Shown here piece after piece: positions 9,178 through 18,087 of a stretch of 64,000 bases of DNA (position 1 is the first letter of the stretch; every line of letters begins with the position of its first letter). This DNA comes from an uncultured Phascolarctobacterium sp. (GTDB taxonomy: Bacteria > Bacillota > Negativicutes > Acidaminococcales > Acidaminococcaceae): positions 53,239 to 117,238 of the forward strand of contig CASEIL010000005.1 in NCBI GenBank assembly GCA_949288065.1, read 5' to 3'. The notes beneath the pieces are model-generated. The model searched no databases, was not told the DNA's origin, and saw only the letters and a list, made by a program, of their open reading frames with translations. Position numbers and translations under genes: made by a program.

Positions 9178-10665
9178 CTATTTTAACACCAGCCGCGAAT
9201 CCGCGCTGTAATTTATAACATTTGCTTTGGCAAGCGCCGCCGCAAGCACTTCGGCGTCCTGCCCCACGGGGTAAGGGTTTTTGGCGTTTTTCAGGCTTGC
9301 ATAGCCGTCGCCACCGTCCAGCATAAAATCGTTCGTCAGCACACGGTAAAATTTATCCGGCTGCAAAGCCGTGCCGTCGCTTAAAAGCGCCTGCTTAATC
9401 TGCGTACCGCCCGCCGTAAGCCTTGCCGTAACCGCCAGCCCGCTGTAACGCACGCGCCCAAGGTTGGGGCTCGCAATGCCGTGCTCCAACGCCGCCAAAA
9501 TATCGCTGCCTTTAAGCTGCACCACATATAGCGTGTTGTTAAACGGCCGCACCTGCTTAACCTGCCGCAGCGTAATGTTGCCCGCAGGCAAAGCGCTGCG
9601 CACCGCACCGCCGTTATAAAGCACCGCGTCCACCTTTGTTTCAGCACGCAGCAAATCCATAAACACGTCCGCCACGGCGGATTTACCGTATTTATCGTTG
9701 GCGAGTGCCGTGACGTTCTGCGCCAGCACGCGGCTCATTTTAGCATCTATTTTAGCAAAATATGGCTGCAAAAGCGCTGACATTTGTGCGTCGCTGCCTG
9801 GGGCAAGCTGCTGCACATTGTAGGTTTGCGCCTGCGCATTTGTAATTTTGTTTGCCTCCGCGTCGTAAATCAAACGGATGTGCCCGATGTACCTGCCGTA
9901 TTCGCCCGCCTGCACCACCGGCAGCCCGCAGCTTGTGCCCGCCACCACCGTGTGGCTGTCCGCCGTTATCACAGCGTCAACCCCTTGCAGGGCGTTCAGC
10001 ACCGGCACAATGGGCCCGCTAATGCCATCATCCCCCTGCTTGCAGCCAATGTGCGCCACAAGCACCACCACCTGCGCACCCTTTTGGCGCAGCAGTTCGG
10101 CATATTTATTAGCCGCCTGCGCGGGATTGGTAATACGCACGCCGTTGGCGCGCCCGGGCTTAACCTTCGCCAGAGCGTTTTCGTCAAGCACGCCGATAAT
10201 GCCGATTTTAACACCGCTGCGCTCCGTAAGCGCGTAAGGAACAAACGGCGCAGCTATTTTGCCTGTACGGCTGTCGATGATGTTCGCCGCCAAAAGCGGA
10301 AAATCCGCCGCCCGCGCCTGCTTTTTGATGATGTCCCAATCGTAATCGAAGGCGTGGTTACCGGCGCAGTTAGCCGCAAAGCCCATTTCGTTCATAGCGG
10401 CAATAGCGCTCATGCCGTCAAACTCGTTAGCATCGGCGTTGCCGCTCAACATATCGCCCCCGCCTATAACAAGTGCGCCGTCCGTGTTTTGCTGCACCAA
10501 ACTATCCAGCGCATACGCCAAACGCGCCGCGCCCGGCACATCACTACCTGCGCGCAAATAACCATGCCAGTCGTTAATGCTGTAAATATCAATTTGCGTA
10601 GGGGCGGCGCAGGCTGTTGCAGCCCACAAGCATAATGTGAATAGAATTGTTAGAAGTTTTTTCAT
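9178..10665 (-). CDS. Secreted 5'-nucleotidase/UDP-sugar hydrolase (metallophosphoesterase + 5_nucleotid_C)
   Basis: Signal peptide; NDWHG, GGDMLSG, GNHAFD, NGGAVRS, DFMLDGGDGY. Confidence 0.92.
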   Translation of the reverse strand: MKKLLTILFTLCLWAATACAAPTQIDIYSINDWHGYLRAGSDVPGAARLAYALDSLVQQNTDGALVIGGGDMLSGNADANEFDGMSAIAAMNEMGFAANCAGNHAFDYDWDIIKKQARAADFPLLAANIIDSRTGKIAAPFVPYALTERSGVKIGIIGVLDENALAKVKPGRANGVRITNPAQAANKYAELLRQKGAQVVVLVAHIGCKQGDDGISGPIVPVLNALQGVDAVITADSHTVVAGTSCGLPVVQAGEYGRYIGHIRLIYDAEANKITNAQAQTYNVQQLAPGSDAQMSALLQPYFAKIDAKMSRVLAQNVTALANDKYGKSAVADVFMDLLRAETKVDAVLYNGGAVRSALPAGNITLRQVKQVRPFNNTLYVVQLKGSDILAALEHGIASPNLGRVRYSGLAVTARLTAGGTQIKQALLSDGTALQPDKFYRVLTNDFMLDGGDGYASLKNAKNPYPVGQDAEVLAAALAKANVINYSADSRLVLK

Positions 10666-10736
10666 AATTATCCTTTTTATTTTGTTTTTCTTCTTTGTAA
10701 TTACGTTACAATTTTAAATTTAGTTTATTCCTCATT

Positions 10737-10773
10737 GTTCATTCTTTGTAACCAAAGAACGAACCAAGAAAGT
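10737..10773 (-). repeat. Left hairpin end motif, inverted relative to 11685-11726
   Basis: Minus strand ACTTTCTTG-GTTCGTTCTTTG-gtta-CAAAGAATGAAC. Confidence 0.6.
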
Positions 10774-10817
10774 TCCGCTCAAATTCGCACTTAGGGTACT
10801 TTTACTTTGGTTAAATT

Positions 10818-11381
10818 TTATCTAAATACTAATGGCACATAGCAATAAGGTTCTTTTGTAAAATCTAAATTATCGGGTTGTTCATCAAATAATTCTCCAT
10901 TCCATTCAAGCCCAGTCTGGAAATCATTTGCATTAGCCTTTGCTTCCATTTTTGTTAAAAGTAACGCCCAATCCACATTTATGTCTTTCTCATCGCACTT
11001 TGATGGACTACTATATCTATCATAAAAATAGCACGGTTGACAAAGCCAGTAAACCATTTTAGCAGTAACTATATCACAAGCAGGATTCATTACAATTTGT
11101 TCAACAGCAAACACCCCATCATCATAATTATAATCCGCAATCATGTAATGAAGCTCTTCGGCAGATGTGATGTGCCTAAATTGTTCGGCAATTTCCTTTT
11201 GGTAAGCATCAAATCCTATTTCTCTTTGACGGCAAAAGCTTTTGTAAAATTCCTCCTCTTCATAGCCTTCCATTTCCTCGTCAAACTCATCCTGTTCCAT
11301 GTCGAAATAATATTCATCCCCAGCACACGATGCCCGTTCCATCAAAATATCAAGTTCTTTTTTTCTTTCTTCTGACAGCAT
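10818..11381 (-). CDS. DUF4274 domain protein (acidic, AT-rich; immunity-protein-like)
   Basis: ELHYMIADYNYDDG..IVMNPACDIVTAKMVYWL signature; GGAGG RBS before ATG 11381; visibly more AT-rich than neighbours. Confidence 0.8.
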   Translation of the reverse strand: MLSEERKKELDILMERASCAGDEYYFDMEQDEFDEEMEGYEEEEFYKSFCRQREIGFDAYQKEIAEQFRHITSAEELHYMIADYNYDDGVFAVEQIVMNPACDIVTAKMVYWLCQPCYFYDRYSSPSKCDEKDINVDWALLLTKMEAKANANDFQTGLEWNGELFDEQPDNLDFTKEPYCYVPLVFR

Positions 11382-11534
11382 TACAATAACCTCCTTAGTA
11401 AAATGCATAAATGGAGTTTTATCATTTCATTTTTGCATTAAATATAAAATAAATTCTTATCAAATTGCTATTTTTTATTTACCGTCTATTAGCTGCCTGA
11501 AATAAAAAGATGTACAGTACGACGCAGGCCAGTA

Positions 11535-11726
11535 CGCGGCATCGGATTTTAGCAACATTTACTGAAAAGCAACTGCAAAAATCGTGTCGAGCGAAGCGAC
11601 TCTCGAATTTTTGCAGTTGTGATACTAATAGTTGCGTAGCAAGCCGTGTCAGCGGCGCAGCGGGAAAATCAGCTTAGCCGCGCGACTTTTCTTCGTCGGT
11701 TCTTTTGGTCGCTCAAAAGAATCGAC
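11535..11726. repeat. Structured non-coding element: long imperfect hairpin plus right-end hairpin motif
   Basis: CAACTGCAAAAATCG (11570-11584) pairs with CGAATTTTTGCAGTTG (11604-11619) around GCGAAGC; end motif ACTTTTCTTC-GTCGGTTCTTTTG-gtcgct-CAAAAGAATCGAC. Confidence 0.65.
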
Positions 11727-11877
11727 AAGCATAGCGAAGGTAAGAAAGCAAACAATACAATCTGAAACGCGCAAACTGTTGTAAACACCTGCAACCCCAA
11801 AACAAAAATATCTTACCTCCATTTTACCACACTTACCCCGCCATTAAAACCTTTGCGATAGCAGCAAAAAGGTATAC

Positions 11878-11907
11878 AAAAAAGGCAGAGCTTACGCTCT
11901 GCCTTTT
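11878..11907 (-). terminator. terminator closing the OM cluster (stop codon of the YqgF-like gene lies in the loop)
   Basis: AAAAGGCAGAGC-ttac-GCTCTGCCTTTT with A tract on the left. Confidence 0.8.
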
Positions 11908-12317
11908 GTATTATTTATATACCGTTTTACCAGCACTGCCGCTGCATAACCATCCAGCGGTTCGGGTGGCACGCGCAGCCCTTCGGGCAGCATCGCCCGC
12001 CAGCCGTGCGGCTTATTAAGCTGCCAATACAGCGTGCGCGCTTCTTCCGTACTGTGCTTTTCGTCCACTTCTATTACCGGCAGGTCCTTAAACACCTCGC
12101 CCAGCACTTTATGCACGGGTTTGGTATTAGTACCGTCGCCGATAATAACTGCCTGCGGCAGCCCGCAGTCAGCGCAAAGCTGAATAAGCGATTCTTTAAG
12201 CGTTTTTGTTTCTACCCACACGGCGCTTAAAACCTCGCCGCAAGGCGTTAAGCGCGCCACGCCGGTTTTAAAGCTGCCTGGGTCGATGCCGAGCAAATAC
12301 TCATTCGTTGTCTGCAT
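11892..12317 (-). CDS. YqgF/RuvX-like RNase H-fold protein
   Basis: LLGIDPG..KTG, IIGDGT, VDEKHSTEEAR, DGYAA. Confidence 0.85.
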   Translation of the reverse strand: MQTTNEYLLGIDPGSFKTGVARLTPCGEVLSAVWVETKTLKESLIQLCADCGLPQAVIIGDGTNTKPVHKVLGEVFKDLPVIEVDEKHSTEEARTLYWQLNKPHGWRAMLPEGLRVPPEPLDGYAAAVLVKRYINNTKGRA

Positions 12318-13434
12318 CTTCAACCTCTAAACGCAGCAGCACCGGCCCGGAGGTGTAAATATCCCCGCGGGCGTAGGCTTTAAGCATTACTTTGCCGCCC
12401 AACGCTGCCATTTTTTCACCCGTCTGCACCATCGTGCCGGCATCAAGGTTGCCTACCTTGCCGGTCAGCGGGTCGGGCATTACGCCTGCGCGCACCGCCG
12501 TATGGTTTACGGAATTTAAGAACATTAAAATTTCGCGGTCGAGCCCGTATTTAACGCCGCTGATGTCGATAACCTGGCTGTAAATCAGCTCGTTATCCTT
12601 ATAAACACATTCGTTGTGCACCAGCTCAATGGTGCAAACGGCAGGCTCACCGGCAATGATGTTCGCCACGGCGCGCAGCCTTACAAACACGTTGCCGTCC
12701 GCCGCCTGTATCTCCTTCAGTGCCGCCTGCGCCAGTTCGCCGGGCAGCCACAGCACGCCTACCGGCTCCTCGCTGTTAATGCCCATGCGCTGCATGGCTG
12801 CTTCGTTGGCAGCGTTTAAAAACAGCTCCAGCTGCTTGGCGTTTTCCTCGTCCTTTAAGTGGCTGCTTAAAACGCCTGCGTAAATCACTTCGCCGCTGCG
12901 GTAAACCACGTCGCCCTCACGCATCGCCACAATGCCGCGGCGCAAACGCTCGGTGGTTTTTTCAAGCTGGCCAACCTCTTCTTCCAGCCCTGCTTTGGCC
13001 GCCGTCAGGCTGTTTACTTCCTCGCGGGCACGCCCCAGCTCGGCGCGGCTGGTGTTCACCTCGTCCTCAAGCTGGGCTTTTTCGGCGTCAAGCTCCTGTA
13101 TTTCCTTGTTGCGGTCGGCTAAATCAGCGCGCGCCTTGTCAATTTCCAGCGACGCTGCGGCTTTTTCCTTGTTCAGGCTGCGCAGCTCATCCTGTAACTG
13201 CTCCATGCCGAACATGGCCGTCCTGGCGCTGTCGGAAGAAATTGCCATCACGATGATCGTCGTTGCGGCAATCAGCACGCCGGTTATTACCGTCATCAGC
13301 ACCGAGGTATAGTAAGGCCTCAGCCCAAAGACGGACAGCTTTTTTTTGCCGATTTTGCTGCCCAGCTTGTCGCCGATAAAGGCAATCAGCCCGCCGACAA
13401 CAGCCAGTATGATAATCAGGCGTAACCCAAACAT
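12301..13434 (-). CDS. DUF3084 domain coiled-coil membrane protein
   Basis: GGLIAFIGDKLGSKIGKKKLSVFGLRP N-terminus, then coiled coil. Confidence 0.88.
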   Translation of the reverse strand: MFGLRLIIILAVVGGLIAFIGDKLGSKIGKKKLSVFGLRPYYTSVLMTVITGVLIAATTIIVMAISSDSARTAMFGMEQLQDELRSLNKEKAAASLEIDKARADLADRNKEIQELDAEKAQLEDEVNTSRAELGRAREEVNSLTAAKAGLEEEVGQLEKTTERLRRGIVAMREGDVVYRSGEVIYAGVLSSHLKDEENAKQLELFLNAANEAAMQRMGINSEEPVGVLWLPGELAQAALKEIQAADGNVFVRLRAVANIIAGEPAVCTIELVHNECVYKDNELIYSQVIDISGVKYGLDREILMFLNSVNHTAVRAGVMPDPLTGKVGNLDAGTMVQTGEKMAALGGKVMLKAYARGDIYTSGPVLLRLEVEDADNE

Positions 13435-13452
13435 AAACTCACCCCGGTGTTT

Positions 13453-14544
13453 TTACGAGTTTTTCTGCCTCAGCAGATAAATGCCGACGCCTAAGCAAAT
13501 AAGGTTAGGCAAAGCGCAGGCAAGGAACGGGTTCATGGCACCGCCCTTGCCAAGGCCGGTTGTAAACGTCATAATAGCGTAATAAATAAAGATAACGATA
13601 ATACTGATGCCCAGACCGATGGAGGAGCTGGTGCGCTGCTTCTGCGTGCCCAGCGGCGCGCCAATCATGGCAAAAAAGAAGCTTGCCAGCGGAATGGCGA
13701 TGCGCATATAAATTTCGCACCAGTGGCGTGCAGTCGGCTGGTCCTGCATCTCCAGCATGTGGATGTATTCGCGCAGCTCGCGGATGGTCATTTCCTCAGG
13801 CTCTTTCTGTTCCCAGGAGATTTGCTCCGGCGCGATATCGAGCGGAATTATCTGCTCGTCAAACTTGCCGGTGCTTTGCAGGCCTTCCTCGTCGTGTACG
13901 GAATACACAGTGCCGTTAAACAAACGCCAGGTGCCGTTTTCCCAGCGGCCTTCCTTAGCCGTCTGGATGCGCGCCAGCTTGTGGTTATCAAATTCCTCGA
14001 TGGTAATGTCCATCATTTTGCCGCTTTCTTCTTCAAAACGGCGGGCATAGGTTAAACGCTGGGTGTCGCCGCTCATTGTTTTAATGATGACGTTGTCCTG
14101 CGTTTTCGGCTTGGTGTTGCCTTTAATCTGGTATTCCAAAACGCGGGTGTACTGCACCTTGCTGGCAGGCACAACCTTTTCGGCCCATACCACAGAGAAC
14201 ATGCTGACGATGAACGCCACAATCAAAACCGGCGCCACAATGCGGTAATAGCTTACGCCGCCCGATTTCATGGCGATGATTTCGCTGCTGCCGGACAGTT
14301 TGCCGAACGCCATTAACGAAGCTAACAGCATCGACATGGGGAAGGTGTAGTTAATTACCTCCGGCAGGCTGTAAAAGAACAGCCAGGCAATGGTATCCCA
14401 GCCCGCGCCGTATTTGGTCATGTACTGCGTAATGCGGTACAGCATGGAACTGGCGATAAAAATGCTGGAGAAGGAGGCTACACCGAAGATGAACGGATAC
14501 AGTAATTCACTTAACACATAACGGTCTAATAAACGTAAACGCAA
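13453..14544 (-). CDS. lptG: LPS export permease LptF/LptG
   Basis: LLDRYV, SEIIAMKSGGVS, RIAIPLA; follows lptB; single F/G-type gene. Confidence 0.9.
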   Translation of the reverse strand: MRLRLLDRYVLSELLYPFIFGVASFSSIFIASSMLYRITQYMTKYGAGWDTIAWLFFYSLPEVINYTFPMSMLLASLMAFGKLSGSSEIIAMKSGGVSYYRIVAPVLIVAFIVSMFSVVWAEKVVPASKVQYTRVLEYQIKGNTKPKTQDNVIIKTMSGDTQRLTYARRFEEESGKMMDITIEEFDNHKLARIQTAKEGRWENGTWRLFNGTVYSVHDEEGLQSTGKFDEQIIPLDIAPEQISWEQKEPEEMTIRELREYIHMLEMQDQPTARHWCEIYMRIAIPLASFFFAMIGAPLGTQKQRTSSSIGLGISIIVIFIYYAIMTFTTGLGKGGAMNPFLACALPNLICLGVGIYLLRQKNS

Positions 14545-14556
14545 TCTTCATCCCCC

Positions 14557-15276
14557 CTACATGCTGAAGTTTTCGCCCAGGTAGTATTTGCGCGCTACCG
14601 GGTCGTTGGCAATGGTTTCGCTGTCGCCGTGCAGTAATATTTCGCCGTTGGCGAGAATATAGGCCTTATCGACGATGCTCAAGGTTTCACGCACGTTATG
14701 GTCGGTAATTAAAATACCGATGCCGCGCTGGGCCAGGTGCGCAATCATATTCTGAATGTCGTTCACCGCAATCGGGTCGATACCGGCAAAAGGTTCGTCC
14801 AGAAGGATGAACGAGGGCTCGGTTGCAAGCGCGCGGGCAATTTCCACGCGGCGGCGTTCACCGCCCGAAAGCTCCGTGCCTTTGTTTTTGCGGATATGCT
14901 CGATGTGGAACTCTTCAATAAGCGCGTTCATTTTTTCAATGCGCTGCTTTTCCGGCACGTTGTTGGCTTCCAGAATGGCAAGAATGTTTTCTTCCACCGT
15001 CATTTTGCGGAAGATGGAAGCCTCCTGCGGCAGGTAGCCGATACCGGCGCGGGCGCGCATATACATCGGCAGCGGCGAAATATCCTCGCCGTCCAGCGTT
15101 ACGGTGCCGCTGTCGGGCTTAATAATGCCGACAATCATATAAAACGTGGTGGTTTTACCGGCGCCGTTAGGGCCCAGGAGCCCCACAATGCTGCCCTGCT
15201 CCACACGGATGCTGACGTTATTTACAACGCGCCTGTCGTTATATTCTTTTACAAGATTAGCTGTTTCAATTACCAC
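14557..15276 (-). CDS. lptB: LPS export ABC ATPase
   Basis: [44 protein letters not shown]. Confidence 0.97.
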   Translation of the reverse strand: MVIETANLVKEYNDRRVVNNVSIRVEQGSIVGLLGPNGAGKTTTFYMIVGIIKPDSGTVTLDGEDISPLPMYMRARAGIGYLPQEASIFRKMTVEENILAILEANNVPEKQRIEKMNALIEEFHIEHIRKNKGTELSGGERRRVEIARALATEPSFILLDEPFAGIDPIAVNDIQNMIAHLAQRGIGILITDHNVRETLSIVDKAYILANGEILLHGDSETIANDPVARKYYLGENFSM

Positions 15277-16101
15277 TTATGCTGCCTCCACCTGTTCAGT
15301 GCCCTGTGCGGCTTCGCCGGCGCCTGCCTCCGCTGCTCCTTCAGCCTCGGCTGCAGGGGCTGGGTTTTCTTCAGGAATGTAAACAATCTTAATGTTGCCG
15401 AAGGCTTCGGCGCGCTGGCCTGCTGCCGCATTGCCGGCGTTATTCATAATCAGGCGGTTGCCCGATACCGTGTTGCCGTCCTGCGTTGCGGTAGCGTTGC
15501 CGATAAGCTCTACCTTGCCGTCGTTGTTGGTGTCATAAACGGCTTTATCCGCCTTGGCGGTTAAGTTGCGCGGCGGGCTGACAATATCCACATTGCCATT
15601 AGCTTCAGCAATGCCGGTTTTGCCGTTGTAAATAATCTGCGCTGCCGTCAGCACGCTGCCGTCGGTGCTGCTCAGCTGCCCCCACGAGCCGATGGTTTCT
15701 GCAAATTCGGTGTCGCTGTGGTAGTCAATCTGCTCGGCAGTAAGCGTTTTATCTTCTTTGGTAACGCTCGCCTCGCCCACGGCGGATACATAATCCTCGT
15801 TGTGCATTACAAAGGTGGCGCAGGTAATGTGCGCGTCGTCCTTATCGGCTACCACGCCGCCGGTCAGCTTGCCGCTCATGGTTTTGCTGTTAAATTCTGC
15901 CGCAGCGGCCGTTGCCTTGCCGCCGTCGTGCAGGATTACCACGTTGCCCTTGGCGGTGCCGTTGCCGCTGGTCATATCGTATTCAATTTCGTCAGCCTTT
16001 ACGTTAAATCCGTTCTGCGCCGCTTCTGCCGGTACATACGGCGTGGTGCCAAACAGCATTAAAGCTGCCGTAAGCACTGCTGCTGCTTTAAATTTCATCA
16101 T
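15277..16101 (-). CDS. lptA: LptA/OstA beta-jellyroll protein
   Basis: Signal peptide; repeated OstA-like strands (ADEIEYD..AKGNV); between lptC and lptB. Confidence 0.82.
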   Translation of the reverse strand: MMKFKAAAVLTAALMLFGTTPYVPAEAAQNGFNVKADEIEYDMTSGNGTAKGNVVILHDGGKATAAAAEFNSKTMSGKLTGGVVADKDDAHITCATFVMHNEDYVSAVGEASVTKEDKTLTAEQIDYHSDTEFAETIGSWGQLSSTDGSVLTAAQIIYNGKTGIAEANGNVDIVSPPRNLTAKADKAVYDTNNDGKVELIGNATATQDGNTVSGNRLIMNNAGNAAAGQRAEAFGNIKIVYIPEENPAPAAEAEGAAEAGAGEAAQGTEQVEAA

Positions 16102-16647
16102 TTACAGTTCCCCCTTCTGTACTTCGGCATGGCCGCTTAATTTAAAATGGTCAAACTTGCTGCTGGTTACAATTTTATCTGCCAGCGCGGTGTGTTCATC
16201 CTTCACAACCTTAACCTTGCCGGACGCCGTAATAACGTCGTCCTTCTGGTTCCATGCTATTTCCTCGGCGGTTATCTCGCCTCCGGTAGAAAGCGTGGCC
16301 TTAACGCCGCGGTCCAGCGCAAAATTTTTATCGTCGTTGTTTATTCTGCCGCCGCCGGCTTCCACAATAATCTCAGAGCCGTCCTCGCGGTAGATTTTGC
16401 CCTTAACGCCCTTCAGCACTGCTTCGCCGCTGCCGGAGATGCTTTCAAGCTGCTCCACGGAAAACTCCCACAGCTTTTTGCCGTCCTGCTCGCGGTTTAC
16501 GGTGGTGTTGCGCACAATGGCGCTTGCCACGTTAGAGGCGAGGTTTTCCGGGTTCTTCGGCGCTTCGCCGCCAAACATCAGCCAGCCAATTATCGCCGCC
16601 GCAACGGCAACGCCGCCTGCTATAAGTAATAATCCTTTATTTTTCAC
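16102..16647 (-). CDS. lptC: LPS export protein LptC
   Basis: GTG start after GGAG; single N-terminal TM; DGKKLWEF; jellyroll. Confidence 0.8.
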   Translation of the reverse strand: MKNKGLLLIAGGVAVAAAIIGWLMFGGEAPKNPENLASNVASAIVRNTTVNREQDGKKLWEFSVEQLESISGSGEAVLKGVKGKIYREDGSEIIVEAGGGRINNDDKNFALDRGVKATLSTGGEITAEEIAWNQKDDVITASGKVKVVKDEHTALADKIVTSSKFDHFKLSGHAEVQKGEL

Positions 16648-17542
16648 CCTGCTCCAGCTCCTTTTCCTCCGGCGGTGTATAAGGGGTATTCCAGCGGTGC
16701 TGGAACCACAGCCAGTTATCGGGATATTCCTTGATAACCTCTTCCACAATCTGCGTCATTTTTAAGGTTACCTTATAATCATCGGCTTTGCGGTCGCCGG
16801 TATCTTCATAATAAATCGGGTCTTTAACAATGGCCTGGTGCCCGTAGTTGCCCTCTTTGCGCACGATAAATATCGGCACAATCGGCGCGTTAAACTTACG
16901 CGAAAAATACGCAGGCCCCGTCGGCGTGGAAGCCATTTTGCCCAAGAACGGCACGAAAATGCCGTCGTAGCCGCCGTCCTGGTCGGCAATTAAGCCCAGC
17001 ATACGTTTTTTCTTCATCGCGCGTGCGCAGCCCAAAATTTCGCTCGTCCCGCGCGAGAAAATCTCCTGCCCCACGCCGGTACGCAGCTCGTTCATAAAAT
17101 CGCTGTAAATATGGTTAGGCTGCGGTTTTTCCACCGCGCTCAGCGGAAAGCCCGACAGCGCCAGCGCCGCGCCCAGCCATTCCCAGTTATCCATGTGGCA
17201 GGCCAGCATTACAACGCCCTTGCCCTCGCCCAGTGCTTCCCACAGCACCTCGGGACGGTCGAAGGTTACCAGCCCGCGGATGTTGTTTTTATTTAAAGCC
17301 GGCATGTACATAATTTCCATAAAGGTGGCGCCCAGCTTGATAAACAGGCTGCGGATGGTTTTCTTTGCCTGCTCGTCGGTGTAGCCGAGGCGTTCCTTAA
17401 TCGTTTCTTCCGCCCTGAGGCGCTGCTTTTTGGCAATTATGTAGTACAGCCTGCCCAGCCCCAGCCCGATTTTAACAACCAGCTTGTAGGGCAGGTGGCT
17501 GATAACCCAGCTCATGCTTTTTAACAAATAATAAAGCCACAT
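16637..17542 (-). CDS. lpxL: Lipid A late acyltransferase (LpxL/HtrB family)
   Basis: HMDNWE, IADQD, NWLWFQHRW. Confidence 0.9.
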   Translation of the reverse strand: MWLYYLLKSMSWVISHLPYKLVVKIGLGLGRLYYIIAKKQRLRAEETIKERLGYTDEQAKKTIRSLFIKLGATFMEIMYMPALNKNNIRGLVTFDRPEVLWEALGEGKGVVMLACHMDNWEWLGAALALSGFPLSAVEKPQPNHIYSDFMNELRTGVGQEIFSRGTSEILGCARAMKKKRMLGLIADQDGGYDGIFVPFLGKMASTPTGPAYFSRKFNAPIVPIFIVRKEGNYGHQAIVKDPIYYEDTGDRKADDYKVTLKMTQIVEEVIKEYPDNWLWFQHRWNTPYTPPEEKELEQGEK

Positions 17543-18087
17543 TATTGTGCGTCTCCCCGTCCCTTTTGCATATAAACATCTACAATTTCATTCCATTTGC
17601 CCTGCGACTTTAAAATAAGCTCCGCTGCCTCGCGCACTGCGCCGCGCCCGCCCGCTTTGGCGGATATAAAGCTGCTTACGTTAAGCACCTCCGGCGCTGC
17701 GTCAAACGGGGCGCAGGCAAGCCCTGCGTAGGTAAGTGCAGGCAAATCGTTTAAATCGTCGCCCATGTAGGCAATTTCTTCGCGGCTTAAGGCGCTTTCT
17801 TCTGCTATCTGCGCCAGCGCCTGCCGCTTATCCTTAATGCCCTCGTAAATTTCGGTAATGCCAAGCTCTGCCGCACGGCGGTGAATAATCGCGCTTTGGC
17901 GCCCGGTGATGATGGCCACACGCACGCCGCTTTTTAAAAGGCAGCTTAAACCCAGCCCGTCGCGCGCGTTAAAGCCCTTAAATATTTCGCCTTCTGCGCC
18001 GATGTTTAAGGTGCCGTCCGTCAGCACGCCGTCCACGTCCAGCGCCAAAAGTTTAATCTGGGCCGCTTTTTCCGTGCTGTTCATCAT
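17542..18087 (-). CDS. kdsC: KDO 8-phosphate phosphatase
   Basis: LDVDGVLTDG, AIITGR, MGDDLNDLP, GGRGAVRE. Confidence 0.95.
   Translation of the reverse strand: MMNSTEKAAQIKLLALDVDGVLTDGTLNIGAEGEIFKGFNARDGLGLSCLLKSGVRVAIITGRQSAIIHRRAAELGITEIYEGIKDKRQALAQIAEESALSREEIAYMGDDLNDLPALTYAGLACAPFDAAPEVLNVSSFISAKAGGRGAVREAAELILKSQGKWNEIVDVYMQKGRGDAQ

Noticed and set aside
10695-10711. Palindrome TTGTAA-ttacg-TTACAA upstream of the 5'-nucleotidase as a Rex or CcpA site
   Set aside because: Spacing and sequence fit neither consensus; single AT-rich occurrence.
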